A DNA stretch of 41,851 nucleotides from Hyphochytrium catenoides. Lineage: Eukaryota; Protista; Hyphochytriomycota. Both the position numbers and the translations under genes were made by a program. A model generated the notes under the pieces. The model did no database searches. It had not been told where the DNA came from and was given only the letters and a program-made list of their open reading frames with translations. The stretch is from positions 1 to 41,851 of the forward strand of contig FLMG01003376.1 in the NCBI GenBank assembly GCA_900088475.1, written 5' to 3'. Below are positions 35,366 to 41,851 of the stretch, one piece after another. The stretch's first letter is position 1; the number at the start of each line of letters is the position of its first letter.

Positions 35366-36835
35366 CTAAGATAAAAGAGTGAAGACAACGAAGCTCAATA
35401 GTGATACTAGCGACAACGTGCTCACAAATCTATGGGAACTAGGGCTACTGCTCTGATCTGTGCCGCCGCTCTGTCCCTTGTCATTCACTCGTGCTACGTT
35501 AGAGCCCGAGGACCCCACATAGAAGTGGAAAGAGGAGTCTGCAGGCGGCATAGGAGTGACCGGAGGCCCATAGAGCTTCTGGAAGTCTTTGATATACTGG
35601 CGCGTAGGATATTTTGGTGGGTCGCATCCAATGTTAATTTGTTTGACTGGCTGATAGATCCTGACATAGTCCACAGAGAAGACTGCCGGTAGCGTGGTCT
35701 TTTCAGGTCCTCCAGCCCAAGAGGTGGCAGATCCCATGGCAAAGTTGATGATCATGGTAAGCGGCTCCTCCGGAACGAGACGCTGCTGAGTGCATGCCAG
35801 CGTGGCGTTTGTAGGGTCGCAGTATTTGCCCAAACTCTCTGCCGTCATGCCAATGATCAGCTTGTCATTGAAGAACATTTTGATCAGTCCCTTGTCGCCC
35901 GGGACCCACTCGACAACGTAGACATTCCACGCATAAATATCCTCAGGCGTGTAGTCATAAGATGCCGTCACAGCGTCAGTAAAGTAAGTCTTGACGTCAG
36001 TGTTGCCATAATACTGAGTGTTTCTTGCGCCAGGGCCCATGGTAATACCCCGATACCAGGATCCAGGCCCGTTAGGCACCTTCGATACCGGAGTTGTGAC
36101 CGTCTCAGGGCGGTAGTAGAAAGGAATGGAAGGCGCAACTTGGTAAGACATCACTACGAATTCTGGCTTTAGCGTCCAGCCCTCGAGAAGGTCAATCTCT
36201 GGAGCTCCCCTACCCTGGTTGGGGTTTAGTCCGTGCCCAGGGTTAGCGTTGCAAGCGTTAATCTTTTGCTGTTTCTTCGATATTTCATCGCAGGAATTAT
36301 AGCTGAATGGCCACACATTCTTCGTGCTCTCTTCAAATTGTGCTCGCCCTAAGTTTCCGATGGTCCAGAGCGCAGGCCAGACACCTTCACTCTTGGGCAT
36401 GTTAGCCCGGATGCTCATCACACCGCCAGTGAAGCAAAACTTGTTCCATGACTGGATGTGCGCACCGGTGTAAAGCTTACCGCCTTGTGCCTTCTCTGTC
36501 ATCGTCATGCGCAGCGCCCCACCGTAAGTCGTTACCGCGTCTGGAGACATGTACTCCTGCGCCTCATTTGTGACATCTGGCTGGTCAAGTGCCGTCCACA
36601 TCTTATCCTTCCCGTTTTCAAAGCGTCTGTTGTCCTTATTGAACTCATCAGAAGCGACCAGGACATACTCTTGATTGAATGAGGTCTTGTACATGTGAGC
36701 CCCCGCTGGTGTGTCAGGGTCAATCCAAAACTTTAGGTTCTGGTACGCCGCAGGGTTTAGTTTCGAAAGCTGCGCGCTTGTGCTTGCGGCGCCTGCCAGA
36801 GCTAGCAGGCAGGAGACAGCTAGCTGGGCCTTCAT
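35366..36835 (-). CDS. Beta-glucan synthesis-associated KRE6/SKN1-like GH16 protein (489 aa), signal peptide and hydrophobic C-terminus
   Basis: Single-exon ORF. Likely start MKAQLAVSCLLALAGAA. Motifs: WIDPDTP, LVASDEFN, QSWNKFCFTGG, GVWPALWTIGNLGRA, catalytic GRGAPEIDLLEG, VPEEP, VDYVRIYQ, GCDPPKYPT. Ser-rich spacer followed by a hydrophobic tail. Confidence 0.93.
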   Translation of the reverse strand: MKAQLAVSCLLALAGAASTSAQLSKLNPAAYQNLKFWIDPDTPAGAHMYKTSFNQEYVLVASDEFNKDNRRFENGKDKMWTALDQPDVTNEAQEYMSPDAVTTYGGALRMTMTEKAQGGKLYTGAHIQSWNKFCFTGGVMSIRANMPKSEGVWPALWTIGNLGRAQFEESTKNVWPFSYNSCDEISKKQQKINACNANPGHGLNPNQGRGAPEIDLLEGWTLKPEFVVMSYQVAPSIPFYYRPETVTTPVSKVPNGPGSWYRGITMGPGARNTQYYGNTDVKTYFTDAVTASYDYTPEDIYAWNVYVVEWVPGDKGLIKMFFNDKLIIGMTAESLGKYCDPTNATLACTQQRLVPEEPLTMIINFAMGSATSWAGGPEKTTLPAVFSVDYVRIYQPVKQINIGCDPPKYPTRQYIKDFQKLYGPPVTPMPPADSSFHFYVGSSGSNVARVNDKGQSGGTDQSSSPSSHRFVSTLSLVSLLSFVVFTLLS

Positions 36836-38775
36836 CTTACTAGTAGAGGGGATAAATCTCTGCTTTGGAAAAAAGACTCGATACACCAATCTGCAGAAAA
36901 ACTTGCACTCAACAATGGGAAACAATGAAGGGAGTCGCTGAAGCTTAGTTAGAAGGAGAGAGAAAAAGAGTCATTGACTCCCAGAAGATTCGGCTTTGCT
37001 ACGATTGGACGGTGCTCAGGAATGGAAGAAGGAGAAATAAAAGGAGAGCTCGTTCGCAGTCGTGTGGGAAGAGCAGAGTCTGTGAAAGATGTTGCGGAGT
37101 CAGAAAAAGACCGTCTGTGGGCAGCGAGAGGGAGAAAGAGAGGCACGTGACAGGAGAAAGAGCGAGCGCGGGCCGTTATTAGGAGTGCCGAGTGAGGGTG
37201 TACATGGAAGGATCAGTTGTGGTGATACGTCGGACTTCGTCGCGGGCAAAATGCCAGACAGCAGACTCACGCCATGCAACGGAAGAAAGTATCTCCCACA
37301 AGTCAAGGCTTTTTGCACTTGCTGGTCTCTGGCACTGGCTTCTCGGTAATCTCAGCAAGCTCTCCGTCACTTCCAATCTTTATGTGTGCTGCACGGCCTG
37401 CAGCAAACCCTACCGTCTCTGCAGAACATCAAGTGAGAGAGAGAGAGGAGGAGTTCTTAGGGAGAATTGACAGTGGAAAGAGAGGTGAGGAAGAGAAGGG
37501 AGAGAGAGAGATAGTTGACCCGACAGAGAGCAAGACAGGAAGTGGACAACAGATCTGATCCATTGTGGCCGAGAGCCAGAGCAAGAGACAGAGGTAAATT
37601 AAGGGCAGACAGAGTAAGGGAGAAAGGAAGAGAAGACAAGAGCCCAACCTGATAGGGATGTGGCATTGAGTCCGTCCTCCTGTCTTCCCCCTCCTCTCCT
37701 CTTCGGTCCAACCCTAGCACGCGCTGGCATCGAGTAGCAAGAAGAAAAGGAGAGCCAGTTAATAGAGATGAGAGTGAGGGAAGAAGATGGATGGAGTATT
37801 GCAAGTGCACTGAAGAGAGGGAAAACGGCCGTCAAGCTGCATGAAGAAGTGCAAGGAGAAGGCTTCCTAGAAAGAGGAAGGTCAGTGCCGCCTAAGAAGG
37901 ATAACGACCCTCTTTTCTAGAGCATTTGATATTACTACAGCTATCTCACAGTGTTAATTATATGGCAACGTTGGAATCAGGATGGCCTACTACTACAAGA
38001 GAGAAGGTCCATTTCTCTCCTCAGTTTTGTCACTTGCTTCATCAGAAGTGTTGGGGGCCAACCCCCAGGAGACATCAATGTCCCATGGAAGCATTCCCTT
38101 CGAATTTATCAGGTAAATATCTTTCGCCAGGCTGGACAGTACAGGTTGACTGTGAGTAAAGCCCTAGAGGCCCATTTAATCATTTGCCTGATGATGATAT
38201 AACTGAAGCTGACCTTTAAGCCCTTTCTTTGGGCCTACACAGAGTCGTAGTTTTATGTATAATACCGGGCTTAGAGCTTGACCGGCGAAGACTTCAGTTT
38301 TGAAAGATAGTGGAAACATTGCAGTTGGAGGCTGATCCCCATCATTGTCTTCTACCTTCCCTGTTTCTCTGTGAGAATTGGCCGCCATCTTCCCTCAAGC
38401 CAAAGCACTGAAACCCCACCCTTTCGTCCAAAGCGGTATTGTGCGTATTCTGACCAGAACTGTATTGTTTTCTGGCCCTCTGCTTCCTGTCTGTAGGTCT
38501 TGGCTCAATGTGTGAGCTACCTATTTTAGATGAAGAGTATCCAGTTGGCCTCTATCGAGAATGTAAGGGGATATTGGTCAGGCACCGTACAGTTGTACAA
38601 AAAGAAAGACAATTGAGTAGGTAATAACTAGACAATCCTAGGTAAATCATCTCCCCAAAGCCATAGTTATGACCACACTGTAGCATCGTAGGCTTACTTC
38701 ACACAACATCTCATAAACATTCAAAAGTAACGACAATATCCGACTGTACCGCCCAAGCCTTGAGAAGTAAAACAG

Positions 38776-38793
38776 TACAGTACCGGTACTGTA
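38776..38793. repeat. Perfect 18-bp palindrome TACAGTACCGGTACTGTA
   Basis: The sequence equals its own reverse complement. Confidence 0.9.
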
Positions 38794-38852
38794 GCAAGAG
38801 CAACCCTACACAACTACTACTTAGCCATAGAACCACCATTGGTCCTCTTACG

Positions 38853-38880
38853 AGGGTTAGGGTTAGGGCTCCTAGGGTTA
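38853..38880 (+). repeat. Short interstitial telomere-like (TTAGGG) cluster
   Basis: agggttagggttagggctcctagggtta. Confidence 0.6.
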
Positions 38881-41024
38881 ACTCACTTGGTTGGTCTCCT
38901 TCACTGTCGTACGAAGGGCCTGGTGGTCGCTCTACCTCTTTCTAAGAGAACTCCTCAGTAGTTCTCTCTTCTCGAGAAATCGTCAAAGGGAAAACACGAT
39001 GACTCTTCGCACTATAGTTTCCTTGGTAGAACTATCTGCTGTTAATAATTACATCCAGAACAAAGGTCCATGTTATCAGCGGCACGAGCGGATGATGAGC
39101 AGCACGCGTCCACGCACGCCTCCCTCTTCTTCCGGTTTGGTGCCTGTTCCCTGTTCCCTCAGTAGCGCAAGACAAGCATGAAGTATATCTGTTGTTTATT
39201 GTCTTGCCTAAGCTCAGCTGAAGCAGGCATGAAGAAATGTTTGATCCACTTCATTACCCATTGGGGGACCAGCAGCAAGCACAAGCACAGCGGCGTGTGA
39301 GGGCCACGTGCCTGTGTTAACCAAATACTACCTCTGGAGCCAATGATGGATGGAATGAATATTAATGTTGTTTGTGGGCGGATTATTTTTAGCTTTATTA
39401 AGCTCGTCTCCCTAGTCTCTGGATTAGCCAACAGCCATCTACCAAAGGCGTCTCGTGCCTCATCATACTGGTCCTGTGTCGGTCCATAAGGCCAGTGGAA
39501 GGATTGGATGGGTACATGATCTCTGCCTTCTTCAATTGCCAAATAATTGTCAATAAAGCAGAGGGGTCTACTTCTATCTATGACATTCTGCAACACTTGG
39601 CCATTTGGCAGAACAGCACCATTCTGGTTATAACAATAGAGAATGTGTGGCGGGTGGACAGCAATTTCAGATCGGAGAGGAGAAGAAGCGAATATCGGTG
39701 AAAGCTGGGCGTAGTAATGGCAACGTAGTAGCGTGCAGTGACAAGGCTCGTGTTTCCTGTCGCAGTGCCCTTCTTACTACGCTTAACTCCTCATTTCACC
39801 ACAACAAAGAAAACTTCTCTTCTTTTCTGAGAGTGGTGCTTGGGAGGAAGAGAGTTACTTAGGATGATCAAACAGAACCAACTCTCTTTCTCTTTATCTT
39901 CCTCGAATTTGTGGCTGTTGCCACCAGCTTCTTCTTTTTTGGAAGGCAAAGAGTCCACCCCTTAATATCACCTGCTGTCCGCGGGCCTTCGTCCTTTGTT
40001 TCGCTTAACTATCACCGTTAGGAGAGATGGGGAACATCAGGAAGCGTGTGGCGAGTTAGGAAAGGAAAATGGGCTAAATAGCCAAAGAGGGAGGTGCAAG
40101 CGCAGCAGAAAGAGCTATCAATGACGATCTTATCGTTCCAAAATTGGGCTGATAAATGAGGGCAGAGCGCCAATGGGAATGACGAGCAACGAAGGCACAA
40201 GAGACAGGAAAGATGTTGATGAAGCACCAGAGCAGGCAGCTCCTTCTTCTCTCCCGTCCTTTAGACATCCTGGCCTATTCATCACATGCTTCCTCGGTCA
40301 TCTTATAGTACAGGGCGACGCTGAATCTATCTTTTTTTTTCCGTAAGGAAGCTCATAATCCAAAGAAAGGAGGGCTCTCTCTTGTTCTCTTTCCCTCTTT
40401 CCTTCCGTTTGCCTCTTCTGTTCCTTGTTGAAATAGGTGATGAATGAAAGGGAACAACCTATCTTCACCGGATGAGCCATATTCCGCCAGCAGCAGATGA
40501 AGTACTTGGCATCAACGTCTTCTTTTGCTTCACGTAGAGGGCGCAGACTATAAGGACAAGGGGAAAGCGGCTATAGTAGTGTTGGAAGCTCTGAGAAGAC
40601 AATTCGATATAAGACAGTGTGAGGGGCGATGAACATGCCCAAAAGATGAATTTTTCTTGGATGCAAAGCTTCATAAGAAGAAAGGAAGCAAGGAAGAAGG
40701 ATAGCGAGTAGCCAAAAGAGATAGAGAAAGAAGAAGGACAACAAGACGGCGGAGAGTAAGGAAGCTTTCAGGAAGCAAGGGCAGGAGGATGAAGGCGGTC
40801 GATTAAGACCGATCGGGGACAGAGAGATCAACCGGCCAGAGTGAGAGGCANNNNNNNNNNNNNNNNNNNNNNNNNNNNNNNNNNNNNNNNNNNNNNNNNN
40901 NNNNNNNNNNNNNNNNNNNNNNNNNNNNNNNNNNNNNNNNNNNNNNNNNNNNNNNNNNNNNNNNNNNNNNNNNNNNNNNNNNNNNNNNNNNNNNNNNNNN
41001 NNNNNNNNNNNNNNNNNNNNNCGG

Positions 41025-41851
41025 ATGTCAGACGGCACAGCTTCAACTTCACTTGCGCTACCCGGGTTAAAAGAAGCTCGAGCCTCAGAGCAACATATTA
41101 GCAATGAAATTGAGGTAAGTACTCGAACTGAAATTCCGGGTTGAGTTAATGTCCAGCGGTAAAACGGTACCCGCTCTTCCATGGAAATCAGTCACTCCAT
41201 CTTATGCCTAGGAAGGCTCTTAGACTCAGGACTCTCTGTCTCTCTCTTTCTCTCTCTCTCCTTCTCTCGCTCCTTCTCTCACTTCTTCTCTCGCTCCTTC
41301 TCTCTCTCTCTCTTGGTCTCTCTCTCTCTCGCTGTCTCTCTCGCTTTGTGTCTCTCTCTGTGCTCTTCTTCCCTTCGCATACTTTATCCCCTTTCTCTCT
41401 TTCCTCCTTTCCTCCTCGGTTCTTAACCTCTCTCTCTCAATTCTTTTCTCCCCCTCCTTTTGCTCTTATGTTCTCTCTCTCCAGCAGTCTCTCTCTGCTT
41501 GGTTATCCCAGTCGTGGTCTCTCTTTCTCTCAATCTGTTTCCCTACGGTGGGCACTTCTGTTACTATCCATTTATCCAGACGGCTGAGGAGCGGCGTCTA
41601 CTTTTGCCCAGACGTCTTTCCCTTTCTTCCTCACCGTGTCTTTTCTCTGGACTGCCTTAACTCTTAGACCCATCGTTGGGACTTTTGGTCTCTCTGTCTC
41701 TCTCTCTCTCTCTCCCTCTGCACGCCTCTCTCTCACTCTGTGTCGTGTGTGTGGCTTCTTGTCCTCTATCTTTCTAGGGGTTAAATAACGTGAAGCCGCA
41801 CCGCAAAGATAATAAGTCAGTTGCGCTCAGTCAATCTCCTTCAGGAGAAGA
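41025..41851 (+). CDS. Partial gene of unknown function running off the window end
   Basis: Exon 41025-41114 (MSDGTASTSLALPGLKEARASEQHISNEIE), perfect gtaagt donor, 663-nt CT-rich intron, acceptor tttctag, then in-frame GLNNVKPHRKDNKSVALSQSPSGE open to the end. It follows an N gap, so the true start may be earlier. Confidence 0.55.

Noticed and set aside
36836-36925. Upstream start for the GH16 ORF (519 aa)
   Set aside because: Non-ATG start that crosses a splice acceptor; the ATG at 36835 begins a clear signal peptide.
37926-38400. Short overlapping ORFs as a gene or transposase
   Set aside because: All frames are interrupted and no recognisable motif is present.
41778-41820. KPHRKD resembling the KRR1 N-terminus
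   Set aside because: The expected KPWD does not follow in the visible sequence; too little evidence.

Overview
Eukaryotic, intron-rich genomic DNA, most likely from an oomycete or related stramenopile. This is inferred from an oomycete-style KRE6/SKN1 GH16 gene, W-x-x-GPLG tandem PDZ domains and Inr-FPR-like promoter motifs. Most ORFs in the supplied track are artefacts of CT/GA microsatellite-rich introns. Splicing by hand (GT-AG, phases checked) gives: (1) the 3' part of an AprA/PqaA-family hydrolase (+); (2) a ~1276-aa protein with an API5-like N-terminus, three RRM-like domains and an RS/RE tail (-); (3) a ~1202-aa MYND-finger + 5xPDZ scaffold (-); (4) AP-4 mu subunit (+); (5) an MIT-domain protein carrying its own MIM1-like motifs (-); (6) complex I subunit NDUFS7/PSST (-); (7) an orphan low-complexity gene (+); (8) an intronless secreted/GPI-type KRE6-like GH16 (-); (9) the start of another gene (+). 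No rRNA, tRNA, CRISPR array or intact transposon was recognised. The most notable signals are the API5-RRM-RS and MIM-MIT architectures and the strand-specific (CT)n expansion of introns, from which one block is exempt. All family calls come from motif recognition, not database searches.
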